From NCBI GenBank assembly GCA_964400635.1, contig CAYNVE010000002.1:1-41172 (forward strand): a DNA stretch of 41,172 nucleotides. Reading direction: 5' to 3'. Positions within the stretch are counted from its first letter, which is position 1. Each line of letters starts with the position of its first letter. Shown here piece by piece: positions 11,185 through 20,523 of the stretch. The notes beneath the pieces were generated by a model that saw only the letters and a program-made list of their open reading frames with translations, made no database searches and was not told where the DNA came from. A program made the translations under genes and the position numbers. The stretch comes from an uncultured Lentisphaeraceae bacterium. Its GTDB lineage: Bacteria; Verrucomicrobiota; Kiritimatiellia; RFP12; UBA1067.

Positions 11185-12533
11185 CGGTTTTGGTGGACTA
11201 TGGCGCGGGCAACCTAACGAGCGTGAAGAACGCCTTCGCCGCGCTCGGCGTTGAGACGGTCGTCACGCGCGACGCGGCTGTGATTGCGGCGGCCGACCGC
11301 GTCGTCTTCCCGGGCGTCGGCGCGGCGGCGCACGCGATGGAGAATCTGCGCCAGAGCGGCCTCGTCGAGGTCGTCCGCGAAGCGGCGCGGACGAAGCCGT
11401 TTCTCGGTATTTGTCTCGGCATGCAGATTCTCTTCGAGTCGACGGAGGAGGATGGCGGCGTGGACTTGCTCGGCCTTTTCAAGGGAAAGGTGCGCCGCTT
11501 TTCGGAGGCGGCGGGCGAGAAGATTCCCGAGATCGGTTGGAATGGCGACTACTATTTTGTCCATTCTTACGCGGCCGATGTCGTTGCCGAGACGTGTCTT
11601 GAGGCGACTTACGCGGGGCGCACATTCACCGCAATGGCGCGGCGCGGCGCGCTCTGGGCGTGCCAGTTCCACCCCGAGAAGTCGGGTCGTCTCGGCCTTG
11701 AGCTTCTGCGCGCGTGGTGCGAGCGACCCGAGGAGCCGCCGCCGTGCCTTCACCGTGGCACGGGGCTCTCGCGTCGTCTGATTCCGTGCCTTGATGTGCG
11801 CGCGGGGCGCGTCACGAAAGGCGTCAAGTTCAAGAACAATGTCGACCTCGGCGATCCCGTTGAGATGGCCGTCCGCTATGCGGAGGGTGGCGCGGATGAG
11901 CTCGTCTTCTACGACATCACCGCTTCGGCGGAGCATCGCCCGATCGACATCGGCATGGTGCGCTCTGTCGCTTCGGCCGTGCGCATTCCTTTCGCTGTCG
12001 GCGGCGGCATCTCGACGCTCGCGGATATGGAGCGCGTCATCCTCGCGGGGGCCGAGAAGGTCTCGGTCAACTCGCTCGCCGTGCGCAACCCTGCGATCAT
12101 CGCCGAGGGCGCGCGCGTCTTCGGCTCGCAGTGCATCGTTCTCGGCATGGATCCTGTGGCCGCGCCAGGTTTCCAAAGTGGCTACGAGATTACGACGCGC
12201 GGCTTTCGCGAGCGGACAGGGCGCGATGCCGCCATGTGGGCTCGCGAGGCCGTGCGGCTCGGCGCGGGCGAGATTGTTGTCAATTCGGTTGATGCGGATG
12301 GCACGCGCGAGGGCTTTGAGAAGACGCTGACGCGCCTCATCGCCGAAAGCGTCGACGTGCCCGTCGTCGCCTCGGGTGGCGCGGGACGCCCCGAGCATTT
12401 CGTCAGCGTCTTCCGCGAGGCGAAGGCCGACGCGGCCATTCTCGCGGGCATGATCCATAGCGGCGAGTGGACGCTCGCCCAGATTAAAGATGTGATGGCG
12501 AAATCGGGTGTGCCGACGCGCCTCGTGTACTGA
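11181..12533 (+). CDS. hisHF: fused imidazole glycerol phosphate synthase, HisH glutaminase + HisF cyclase in one polypeptide
   Basis: HisH part: VDYGAGNLTSV, catalytic Cys in GICLGMQ, and FHPEKS. Linker: RPEEPPPCLHRGTGLS. HisF part: RLIPCLDVRAGRVTKGVKF, DELVFYDITAS and VVASGGAG. ATGA overlap with the upstream activator gene. Confidence 0.9.
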
Positions 12534-12553
12534 TTGAGGGGGAAGGGACGCGG

Positions 12554-13810
12554 ATGAAGGTCTACAAGTGGTTTCTCCTCCTTCTCCTCAGCGGCGCGTT
12601 CTTCTTTCATCAGGCGGATCGCGCGCTTTTCGGCCTGCTCACGATTCCAATCCAACGCGAACTCGGTCTCACCGATGTCGAAATCGGCTGGATCAACACG
12701 GTTCTCTCGTGGACGCTCGCGCTCATGGCACTTATCGCGGGCCCCATCGCCGACCGCCTCTCGCGCAAATGGCTCATCACAGTCTCGCTCATGGCGTGGT
12801 CGCTCATGACGTTCATGATGGGCTTTGTCGGTGATTGGACGATCTTTGGCTTCGTCATCCCCGCATTCTTTGTTGTCATGTTCTTCCGCTCAATTGCGAC
12901 GGGGGTGGGGGAGAGCTTCTACGGGCCGTGCTACCCGCCGCTCATCGCGACCTACCACGACGCGACGCGCTCGATTGCGCTTTCGATCCATCAGGGCGCG
13001 CTCTACTTTGGGCTCATGACTTCCGGCGTTTTGACGGCGTGGGCGCTCGGCGTCTTCGGCACGTGGCGGCATGTCTTCATGGCGTTCGGCGCGGGTGGCT
13101 TCGTGCTTGGGGTTCTCTTCATTTTCGTTCTGAAGGACGCGCAGACTCCCGCCGCGCCCGATGACGCGGTGCGTCCATCCTTCTTCGCGGGCATGGTCTA
13201 TTTCTTTAAGACGCCATCGGCGTGGCTCGCGATGATGGGCTTTATCGCCATCGTCTTCGTCAACAACGCCTACCTCTTCTGGGCACCGAAGTTCATGGCC
13301 GAGAAGTTCTCTATCTCCGTCGCCCAGGCGGGCACGGCGACGATGCTCTACCACCATCTCTGCGCGTTTGTGGCGATTTTGTTGGGCGGCGTCGTGACGG
13401 ATCTTTGCGTGCGCACGTGTCCGCGTTTCCGTCTCGCCTTTCAGATTGTCGCGATGCTCCTCGGCGCGCCTGCGATTCTCCTCATTGGGATTTCTCCCTC
13501 GGTCGCCTCGACGGTTGTTGCGACGGCGGCCTACGGCGTTTTCCGCGGGTTCTTTGAGGTGAATACGCACGCCTCGCTCTTTGATGTCGTCCCGCCAGCC
13601 TATCGCTCGACGGCGGTCGGACTCTTCACGGTCTTCGCGTTCTTCGTGGGCGGGCTTTCGGGTGTCCTCATGGGCGCACTCTCCGCGCGATTTGGCGTTC
13701 GCGGCTTTGAGTGGGGTTTCGCCCTCATGGCGTGCACCTATCTTCTCGGCGCGCTCGCGCTCTTTGTCTCATGGCGCTTCACCTTTCGTCGCGACCGCAT
13801 TGCCGCCTGA
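12554..13810 (+). CDS. MFS transporter, substrate unknown
   Basis: 418 aa and about 12 hydrophobic segments. MFS motif-A-like GPIADRLSRKW between TM2 and TM3. Confidence 0.85.
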   Translation: MKVYKWFLLLLLSGAFFFHQADRALFGLLTIPIQRELGLTDVEIGWINTVLSWTLALMALIAGPIADRLSRKWLITVSLMAWSLMTFMMGFVGDWTIFGFVIPAFFVVMFFRSIATGVGESFYGPCYPPLIATYHDATRSIALSIHQGALYFGLMTSGVLTAWALGVFGTWRHVFMAFGAGGFVLGVLFIFVLKDAQTPAAPDDAVRPSFFAGMVYFFKTPSAWLAMMGFIAIVFVNNAYLFWAPKFMAEKFSISVAQAGTATMLYHHLCAFVAILLGGVVTDLCVRTCPRFRLAFQIVAMLLGAPAILLIGISPSVASTVVATAAYGVFRGFFEVNTHASLFDVVPPAYRSTAVGLFTVFAFFVGGLSGVLMGALSARFGVRGFEWGFALMACTYLLGALALFVSWRFTFRRDRIAA

Positions 13811-13930
13811 AAGGCCGCCATCAGAGTGAAAATGGACGGCTCCTAAGACGAACCCTTGATAGCCACAGCCTCAAAAAAACTTCGGGATTCGGCAAGTGAG
13901 CCGAGTCTTTCGCGCTGGCGCGGTTAGAAA

Positions 13931-13939
13931 TGGTATAAT
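13931..13939 (+). promoter_or_regulatory. extended -10 promoter element TGGTATAAT for the GYF-protein operon
   Basis: aaaTGGTATAATagg. About 35-nt leader with gagagga SD-like sequence before GTG 13981. Confidence 0.45.
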
Positions 13940-13980
13940 AGGAGTCTACCTTAAACCATTACGACGAGAGGACGGGCCAC

Positions 13981-15429
13981 GTGGACGAGGCAAAATGGTA
14001 CTTGAGAACGCAAGACGAGACCTTTGGTCCCGAAACGGAGGCGCGTCTCGTTGAGTGGGCGCGCCTCGGCCGCGTCCAGCCTGGTCAGGAGATTTCCGAT
14101 GACCAAATCGTCTGGCGCAAGGTCGAAGAAGTGCCATTCCTCGATATGCGCTTTTCGATCGACATCGGCGACGGCAACCCGCGCGGGCCCTTCAATCGCG
14201 CCGCCGCTGAGGCTCTGCTTGCCAGCGGCCGCTTGCCGCCGATGGCGACGCTCGTTGAAGTGCGCGCGCCGTTCGAGGACGAGAAGAAAGATGCCGAGCC
14301 CGCCACGCCGTCCGCGCCCGCGCCGTCGAGCGATCAGGCATCCTCCGTCGCCGAGACACCTGCCGTTCAGGTTGTTGAGAAGGTTGTCGAAGTTCCCGTT
14401 GAGAAGGTCGTGGAAGTCCCCGTTGAGAAGATTGTTGAGAAAATCGTCGAGAAGCCCGTTGAGAAGATTGTCGAGAAGGTGGTCGAGAAAGTCGTCGTTG
14501 ACGAGACGCGCGTCAAGGAGTTGGAAGGCCTCCTCGCCGAGGAGCGTCGCCACACGGCCGATCTCCAGTCGCGCCTCGACGACCTCCTTCGCGCAAAGGC
14601 CGATGCCGAAGCGGCGCTTCGTGAGAAAACTGAATCGTGCGAGGCGAAGGATCGCGCGCTCGTCGAGAAGGATCTCGATCTTGCGGATAAGAATCGGCAA
14701 ATCGCCGAACGCGAGCAAACCTTCACGACGAAGGAGCAGGCTCTTGTCGCGCAAGTCGCCGCGCTCGAGGACGAATTGAAGAGGCTCCCCGCCGCCGCGA
14801 GCGAAGTCGCCGATATCCAGGCCGCCGTTTTCAAGATCATGCAGGACGAGTCTGCGGAACTTGGCGCGACGATTGAGCGCGAGAAGGCCGAGTTTGAGGA
14901 AGTCCGCAAGCGTCATCAGGTGCGCGAGGAGGCCCTCACGGAGCGTCGCCGCGAGATCTTGAAGATGAGTGGGCGCAATGTTGAGGAGATGACGCGCAAG
15001 GCGCTCGTCGAGCGTCCCGAAGATCCGCGCACGGCGTGCCTTCGCCGCGACCTTGAGGATTTGCGTCGCGTCCACGAGAAGGCTCTCTACGAAAGCGAGG
15101 CGAAAATCCGCCAACTCTCCGAGCAGATTCGCGAGAGCCGCTCCGAGGCCCTGCGCGCGGCGGAGGGCGCGGGCGATGTCGCCTCGCTTCGCGTCGAGGC
15201 GGAGCAACTGCGTGAGCGTCTCCAACGCGCCGAGAAAGATCTTGTCACGGAACGTCAGCGTTGCGAGGAACTGCGTCAGCGCGAGGCGATGAGCAAGCAC
15301 GCGCTCATGACGCGCCTCGCCGCGCTTGAGTCGCCATCCATCGGTAGCACGGCGACCGTCGAGACGAACCAGAGCCGCGAGGCGAAACTCGTGAAGCTGC
15401 CGAACTGGATGAGGCTCAAGCATTCATGA
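13981..15429 (+). CDS. GYF-domain (GYF_2/DUF4339-like) protein with (V/I)VEK tandem repeats and long coiled coil
   Basis: KWYLRTQDETFGPETEARLVEWARLGRVQPGQEISDDQIVWRKVEEVPFL fits the WY..GP..G.i....vW...vp.L pattern. A second degenerate copy follows. Next comes the VVEKVVEVPVEKVVEVPVEKIVEKIVEKPVEKIVEKVVEKVVV repeat. About 300 aa of E/R/K/L-rich heptad-like sequence completes the protein. GTG start. Confidence 0.75.
   Translation: MDEAKWYLRTQDETFGPETEARLVEWARLGRVQPGQEISDDQIVWRKVEEVPFLDMRFSIDIGDGNPRGPFNRAAAEALLASGRLPPMATLVEVRAPFEDEKKDAEPATPSAPAPSSDQASSVAETPAVQVVEKVVEVPVEKVVEVPVEKIVEKIVEKPVEKIVEKVVEKVVVDETRVKELEGLLAEERRHTADLQSRLDDLLRAKADAEAALREKTESCEAKDRALVEKDLDLADKNRQIAEREQTFTTKEQALVAQVAALEDELKRLPAAASEVADIQAAVFKIMQDESAELGATIEREKAEFEEVRKRHQVREEALTERRREILKMSGRNVEEMTRKALVERPEDPRTACLRRDLEDLRRVHEKALYESEAKIRQLSEQIRESRSEALRAAEGAGDVASLRVEAEQLRERLQRAEKDLVTERQRCEELRQREAMSKHALMTRLAALESPSIGSTATVETNQSREAKLVKLPNWMRLKHS
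14371..14499 (+). repeat. in-frame imperfect tandem repeat (12/24-nt period) encoding (V/I/P)VEK units
   Basis: gttgagaaggttgtcgaagttccc / gttgagaaggtcgtggaagtcccc / gttgagaagattgttgagaaaatcgtcgagaagccc / gttgagaagattgtcgagaaggtggtcgagaaagtc. Confidence 0.85.
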
Positions 15430-16988
15430 CAGGCCCTCTTCTCGCGCTCTTGGCCGTTCTCTCGGTGTGGGACTATCCCGCGCGGTTTCCGCAACATCAG
15501 ACCCTGCGCGCGCAGTTCATCTCGTCGTTGCGCACGAATGACCGCGTGACGATGGAGTCTTCGTGCCGCAAGGGGGTCGAACTTCTCCCCGATGACCCGA
15601 CCTGGCACTACAACCTCGCCTGCGCGCTCGCCCATATCCCCGCGCGTCACAGCGAGGCGCTCAACGAGTTGGAGAAGGCGATCGACCTCGGCTTTCGCTC
15701 GGCCGACACCATCGCGGCGGACGGCGACTTGAAGCGGCTCGCGAAGAACCGCCGCTATCTAGAACTCATCGAGTACGCGAAAGCGATGGCCACGCGCCCC
15801 ATTCTTACGGGCCCGCTCGCGACGGTCGATGCGACGGGGACGTTCGGCGCGACGGTTGCGCTCGGCGAGCAGAACCTCGTGTGGGACTTTGATGTGGGCG
15901 CGTTCTTCGCGCGCCTCAATCTTTCTGAGACGACGCGCGCGCCGTGGACGGGCGACCTCTATATGAACCGCGACGGCGACCATTCGCCGAACGGGCCTGA
16001 GGCGAAAAAGCGCTTTCTCGCCGACTTTCCCGGCATCACCGAGGTGCGCTTTGATGCCGAGGGGCGGCGGCGCGGCCTCGACCTCAACGCGCCGAATGTC
16101 TGCTTTCCCTACCCGACGTTTGGAAACGCCTCGCGCGCGTTCGTCGGGAGTCCTTACTGGCGCTCGATCTCGCGCGCGCTCGTGACGGTCGAGGCGTCGA
16201 AGTTGCCGCTCATGGAAAAACTCTACCTCTCGAATCAAGTCTGGGTTTTTCCGTCGAACGCCGACACCGCGCCCGTCGGGACAAACGGCGATGTCTTCGC
16301 CTCTATCACGCCTTACTGGATCACGACGGCGGGGCGCAGTTGGTCGGACCTCCCTTACTTGAAAGCCGCGCTCCTCGCCTCGGCCGCATTGCCGCGCGAC
16401 GTCAAGGCAGAGGCGGTGCGGCGCGGCCTTTTGACACCGACGATCTTGACGCTCGTGCGAAAGAACCTTGCGGGCGTCCGTAGTGATGACGACTATCTTT
16501 CGGCGCGGGCGCATCCGACGGCCTTTCCACCGAACGCCATCAACACGAACCGCCTCGTCGAGGCCGCGCGTGAGATGACGGTTGAGGAGATTGCGCCCGT
16601 TGTTCCGATTGCCGTTGAGAGCGAGCCGACGAAGGGGCAGAGCGCATGGCCCGAGCTTACCTATCGGACGCACTTCGCGTGGGCGTATGTGCTGCGCACC
16701 GATGACGAAACGCGCTCGTTCAAGATCGCGGCGACGGGCGCGGAGGACTTCTGCTTTGTCTGCACACATGGCGCGGAGACGGGCGTCACGATCGAGCGAC
16801 TCCAGAAGGATGTCGTGCGCGTCACGCTTAAAAGTCGCGCCCTCTCGCCGACTCGGCGTGTTGACATCGCCGTCTTTGGGCGAAACGCGAAGACTTCGTG
16901 GGGCGCGCCGAGCTACGTCTCGTTCTCGCGCATGGATCCGACCGCGCCCTATTCCGACCCTGTGCTGACGCGCGCCGAAAAGAAATGA
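15426..16988 (+). CDS. hypothetical exported protein (520 aa) with one N-terminal TPR-like unit; no recognisable catalytic motifs
   Basis: N-terminal hydrophobic segment MTGPLLALLAVLSVW. TPR-like PDDPTWHYNLACALAHIPARHSEALNELEKAIDLGF...DGDLKRLAKNRRYLELI. I recognise nothing in the remainder. ATGA overlaps on both sides. Confidence 0.65.
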   Translation: MTGPLLALLAVLSVWDYPARFPQHQTLRAQFISSLRTNDRVTMESSCRKGVELLPDDPTWHYNLACALAHIPARHSEALNELEKAIDLGFRSADTIAADGDLKRLAKNRRYLELIEYAKAMATRPILTGPLATVDATGTFGATVALGEQNLVWDFDVGAFFARLNLSETTRAPWTGDLYMNRDGDHSPNGPEAKKRFLADFPGITEVRFDAEGRRRGLDLNAPNVCFPYPTFGNASRAFVGSPYWRSISRALVTVEASKLPLMEKLYLSNQVWVFPSNADTAPVGTNGDVFASITPYWITTAGRSWSDLPYLKAALLASAALPRDVKAEAVRRGLLTPTILTLVRKNLAGVRSDDDYLSARAHPTAFPPNAINTNRLVEAAREMTVEEIAPVVPIAVESEPTKGQSAWPELTYRTHFAWAYVLRTDDETRSFKIAATGAEDFCFVCTHGAETGVTIERLQKDVVRVTLKSRALSPTRRVDIAVFGRNAKTSWGAPSYVSFSRMDPTAPYSDPVLTRAEKK

Positions 16989-17962
16989 AGCTTGTCCTCG
17001 CTCCGCTCGCTGGCTTCACAGATGCGCCGTTTCGCCGAATGGCCGCCGAGGGTGGCGCGGATCTCACCTACACCGAGATGGTCTCGGCCGCAGGGCTTGC
17101 GCACGGCTCGTCGCCGACGCGCCACTTGATGGAGGTCTTACCCAGCGAAGGGCCCGTTGCCTGTCAACTCTTCGGCGCGAAGGAGACCGATCTCGCCTTC
17201 GCCGCGCGCGAGGTGCCGTCGAATCGTTTTGTGGAACTGAATCTCAACGCGGGTTGCCCGATGACGAAGGTGACGCGCGAGGGCGCGGGGGCGAAACTCG
17301 TTGAAGATCCGAGAAAAGTCTATCGCCTCTTAAAGGCGATGGGCGAGAATTCGCCACTTCCCGTCACGCTCAAGACGCGCCTCGGCCCGCGCCCCGACCG
17401 AACGAATGTCCTCGAACTTCTCGACGCGGCCGAGCAGGCGGGCGCGACGGGCTTCATCCTTCACGCGCGCTACACGTCGCAGATGCACGGCGGCGCGGTT
17501 CACCTAGATCTTCTTGCTGATGTCGTCCGCGCCGCGCACATTCCCGTCACGGGGAATGGGTCCGTCGTTGATCGCGCGACATTCGAGGCGATGGCGGCGA
17601 CGGGCGTTGAGGCCATCATGATTGGGCGCTCTGCACTCGCGAACCCCGCCATTTTTGCGCAGTTGAAAGCGGGCGCGGTCGTCTCGCCGAAGCGGACGCT
17701 TGACGAGGCGAAGGCGCTTCTCGCGCGGCACCTTGATCTCATAAGCGACTTTCGCGCGCTTCTGGCTGAACGCTATCCGAACGATCACATCTCGAGCGAC
17801 GATGCCTTCGCCGCGCTTCACATGCACACGCACCTCTTTCGCTACTTTAACGGTCTTCCCGGCGCGGCGGCCTTGCGCGCGAAGTTGACCACCATCCGCA
17901 CGAAGGCGCAGATCTTTGAGGCTCTTCGCTCGTGTCCCTGCGGAGAAACGGGAGAAAGATGA
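16985..17962 (+). CDS. dus: tRNA-dihydrouridine synthase
   Basis: MKLVLAPLAGFTDAPFRRM, ELNLNAGCPMTKV (catalytic Cys) and a TIM-barrel-like pattern. ATG 16985 overlaps the upstream stop (ATGA). The ORF-track start at 16898 is an extension. Confidence 0.88.
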   Translation: MKLVLAPLAGFTDAPFRRMAAEGGADLTYTEMVSAAGLAHGSSPTRHLMEVLPSEGPVACQLFGAKETDLAFAAREVPSNRFVELNLNAGCPMTKVTREGAGAKLVEDPRKVYRLLKAMGENSPLPVTLKTRLGPRPDRTNVLELLDAAEQAGATGFILHARYTSQMHGGAVHLDLLADVVRAAHIPVTGNGSVVDRATFEAMAATGVEAIMIGRSALANPAIFAQLKAGAVVSPKRTLDEAKALLARHLDLISDFRALLAERYPNDHISSDDAFAALHMHTHLFRYFNGLPGAAALRAKLTTIRTKAQIFEALRSCPCGETGER

Positions 17963-18741
17963 AGAAAGTCTGCCTAAGCTTTGACTTTGAGGAATGTGAC
18001 TTGCCGCGCGAGGGTGGCGTGGACTTTCCGCTCGCGCGCGGGATGGCCGTTTCGCGTGAGGGCGCATTTGCCGTCCTCGATGTGCTCGCGGCATCGGGCG
18101 TGAAGGCGACGTTCTTCTGCACCCTCACCTTCGCGGAGAACGCGCCCGAGGTGATGAAGCGTCTTGTGGCGGAAGGCCACGAAATCGCCGCGCATGGTGT
18201 CGACCATTTTCGCCCGCAGGAGGGCGATGCCGAACGTTGCCGCGACGGCCTTCGCGCGCTCTACGGCGTTGAGGCCGTCGGTTACCGCCAGCCGCGTATG
18301 TTCCCTGTCGACAACGCTCGGCTCGCGCGCGCGGGCTTCGCCTATAATTCATCGCTCAACCCGGCGTTCGTGCCAGGCCGCTACATGCACCTCACGATGC
18401 CGCGCACCCTTTTCAAGAAGGACGGGCTTTATCAAGTTCCCGCATCCGTCACGCCGCTCGTGCGTTTTCCCCTCTTCTGGCTCGCGCTCCACGTGTTGCC
18501 AGAATGGCTCTACCAGATGCTCGCGAAGCGGACGCTCCGCCATGACGGCTCTTTCGTCACCTATTTTCATCCGTGGGAGTTCTCGCCGTCGTTCGCGGCC
18601 GAGGCAAAGGCGCTCAAAGTCTCGCCGCTCATTCGTCGCAATCTCGGCGCGCCGATGCAAACACGGCTCAAGAACCTCATCGAATCTCTGCGCGGCGAGG
18701 ATGTCCTGTTCGAGCCGATTCGAAGTCTCGTCCAGGCCTAA
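17959..18741 (+). CDS. polysaccharide deacetylase (NodB/CE4-like) family protein
   Basis: CLSFDFEE...VKATFFCT...GHEIAAHGVDH resembles CE4 motifs (D-D/E, H-x-x-x-H). ATGA overlap with dus. Confidence 0.7.
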   Translation: MKKVCLSFDFEECDLPREGGVDFPLARGMAVSREGAFAVLDVLAASGVKATFFCTLTFAENAPEVMKRLVAEGHEIAAHGVDHFRPQEGDAERCRDGLRALYGVEAVGYRQPRMFPVDNARLARAGFAYNSSLNPAFVPGRYMHLTMPRTLFKKDGLYQVPASVTPLVRFPLFWLALHVLPEWLYQMLAKRTLRHDGSFVTYFHPWEFSPSFAAEAKALKVSPLIRRNLGAPMQTRLKNLIESLRGEDVLFEPIRSLVQA

Positions 18742-18768
18742 AGTCGCATGAGATAACGTGAGCCATGA

Positions 18769-19434
18769 TCACCGCATCAAGCGCGCGGCGTTTTCATCGG
18801 TTTGCCGCTCAAGCGCGTCGGGGGAAAGACCGCGCAGTTCGGCGACCTTCACGAGAACGTCACGAACCGATGGGCAGGCCCTCTTGTTCTCCTCCGTGCG
18901 ATCTGTCTCGCAGAGAAGACAATCGAGCGGGATCTTCTTGACGAGCGCGCGATAGTTGACGGCGTGGTCGTTGAGGACGGCAGGCCCAACGGAGATGAAC
19001 CCACCGAGGCGCACGATGTCGGGGATAAGCCCGTCCGAACGCGAGAAGCCGTGGAAGAGAAGCGGCGGCGCGACGCGGCACACCCCACCGCGCGCCCCCG
19101 CCTCCGACACGGCCTTCACGACCTCGCCCCAGCACTTTGCGCCGTGGAGGACGACGGGGCGGTGAAATTCAAAGGCGAGCGCGAGTTGTGCGTGGAAGAT
19201 CTCACGCATCTCGCTTGAGATTGTCTTTTCCTTGAGCCGATCAAGCCCGATCTCGCCAACCCCCAACCTCGGATTCGCCGCGAGTTGCGCCCTGAGATCG
19301 TCGAGGATCAGGCGCGCGGAGCGTCCGACAAAAGCCTGCGTCGCCCACGGATGAACGCCGACAAAGTCGCGCCCGATGAGGAGTTCGCGGACGGATGGGT
19401 CGCCGCCGCTCACATGGCAGTGCGCGTCAGTCAC
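18769..19434 (-). CDS. tatD: TatD-family metal-dependent hydrolase
   Basis: MTDAHCHV N-terminus, GEIGLDR, VVLHGAK and ETD motifs. GTG start overlapping the HIT gene stop. Confidence 0.85.
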   Translation of the reverse strand: MTDAHCHVSGGDPSVRELLIGRDFVGVHPWATQAFVGRSARLILDDLRAQLAANPRLGVGEIGLDRLKEKTISSEMREIFHAQLALAFEFHRPVVLHGAKCWGEVVKAVSEAGARGGVCRVAPPLLFHGFSRSDGLIPDIVRLGGFISVGPAVLNDHAVNYRALVKKIPLDCLLCETDRTEENKRACPSVRDVLVKVAELRGLSPDALERQTDENAARLMR

Positions 19435-19832
19435 AGGCGAATGCGCGCGGCGAGCTTTTGAAGTTCGTCCATGTCGGCCTTGTGGCTCTCAAAGGCGATT
19501 GGCTCGTGACCAAACCGCGGCACGATGTGGAAATGCAGGTGGAAGACGCTCTGCCCCGCCGCCTCGCCGTTGTTCTGGAGGATGTTGAACCCATCGCACG
19601 GCAAGGCGTCTTTTAGGTGCGCGGCGACCTTCTTCACGCGCGCGATGACGGCGGCGAGCATCTCGTCAGACGTCCCGACGAGGTTTGGTGAATGCGCCTT
19701 CGGGATGACGAGCGTGTGCCCCTTGGTGAACGGATTGATGTCGAGATACGCGAGGACGACATCGTCCTCATAAATCTTGCAACTCGGAATCTCGCCTGCG
19801 GCAATCGCGCAGAAAATGCAATCGTTCTTCAT
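19431..19832 (-). CDS. HIT (histidine triad) family nucleotide hydrolase/transferase
   Basis: CIFCAI N-terminus and histidine triad HLHFHIVPR. Confidence 0.9.
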   Translation of the reverse strand: MKNDCIFCAIAAGEIPSCKIYEDDVVLAYLDINPFTKGHTLVIPKAHSPNLVGTSDEMLAAVIARVKKVAAHLKDALPCDGFNILQNNGEAAGQSVFHLHFHIVPRFGHEPIAFESHKADMDELQKLAARIRL

Positions 19833-19836
19833 CGAT

Positions 19837-20523
19837 TTATTTCTCCTGTTCGTTTTGATGAAAGTCTGAAACGGCGAATGTCCCCTCGCGTCCCGTGAGC
19901 GGGTTCTTCAGTTTCAGCGAGACCGCCCGCAGATAAAGGCGATCGGCCTTCTTCGCGCCGTACTTGACATCGCCGACAACCGGGTGCCCCGCCTCCGAGA
20001 AGTGAACGCGAATCTGGTTCTTGCGCCCCGACTTGAGCGACACCTCGACCTCCGTCGCGTCACCGATGACGCGAATGCGCCGCCAGAGGGTTGTTGCCTT
20101 CTTCGCCCCTTTGACATCGGCGCGGACACTCGAGACGCGATATGTCTTCGGGTCGTCCTTGAGGTAACTCGTGAATGCGCCTGAAGCCTCCTTCAGAATG
20201 CCTTCGACACGCGCGATGTAGATTTTCTCGGTGAGCGCATTCCAGTTCTCGCGCAGAGCCTCGGCGAGACGCGCGCTCTTCGCGAACGCCATAACGCCGC
20301 TCGTCTCGCGGTCAAGGCGGTGAACGAGGTAGACGCACTTCGTGCTCTTGGCCTGCCCCTTGCGGACGTAGGCGTTGAGGAGGTTCTCGGCCGTCGCCTG
20401 ACTCTCGCGCGCGGCGCGCCCCACGAGGTGCGTATGCGTTGAGAGAAGCCCCGCTGGCTTGTCGATGACGATGAGGTCGCGGTCCTCAAAGAGGATTTCG
20501 AAGGGCAGGAACTTCGACTTCAT
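19837..20523 (-). CDS. RluA-family pseudouridine synthase (no S4 domain)
   Basis: Catalytic motif HRLDRETSGVM, IDKPAGLL and GRKNQIRVH. Confidence 0.88.
   Translation of the reverse strand: MKSKFLPFEILFEDRDLIVIDKPAGLLSTHTHLVGRAARESQATAENLLNAYVRKGQAKSTKCVYLVHRLDRETSGVMAFAKSARLAEALRENWNALTEKIYIARVEGILKEASGAFTSYLKDDPKTYRVSSVRADVKGAKKATTLWRRIRVIGDATEVEVSLKSGRKNQIRVHFSEAGHPVVGDVKYGAKKADRLYLRAVSLKLKNPLTGREGTFAVSDFHQNEQEK

Noticed and set aside
13813-13905. Two hairpins downstream of the MFS gene, considered as intrinsic terminators. One is GGCCGCCA...TGGaCGGC at 13813..13840. The other is TCGGC-aagtga-GCCGA at 13889..13904.
   Set aside because: The stems are short or bulged and neither is followed by a convincing U-tract. 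I cannot support a terminator call from sequence alone.
18742-18768. 27-nt convergent gap between the deacetylase and tatD, checked for a bidirectional terminator.
   Set aside because: No stable inverted repeat is visible. Similarly, holA and mtaB overlap convergently (34696..34730) without a terminator.
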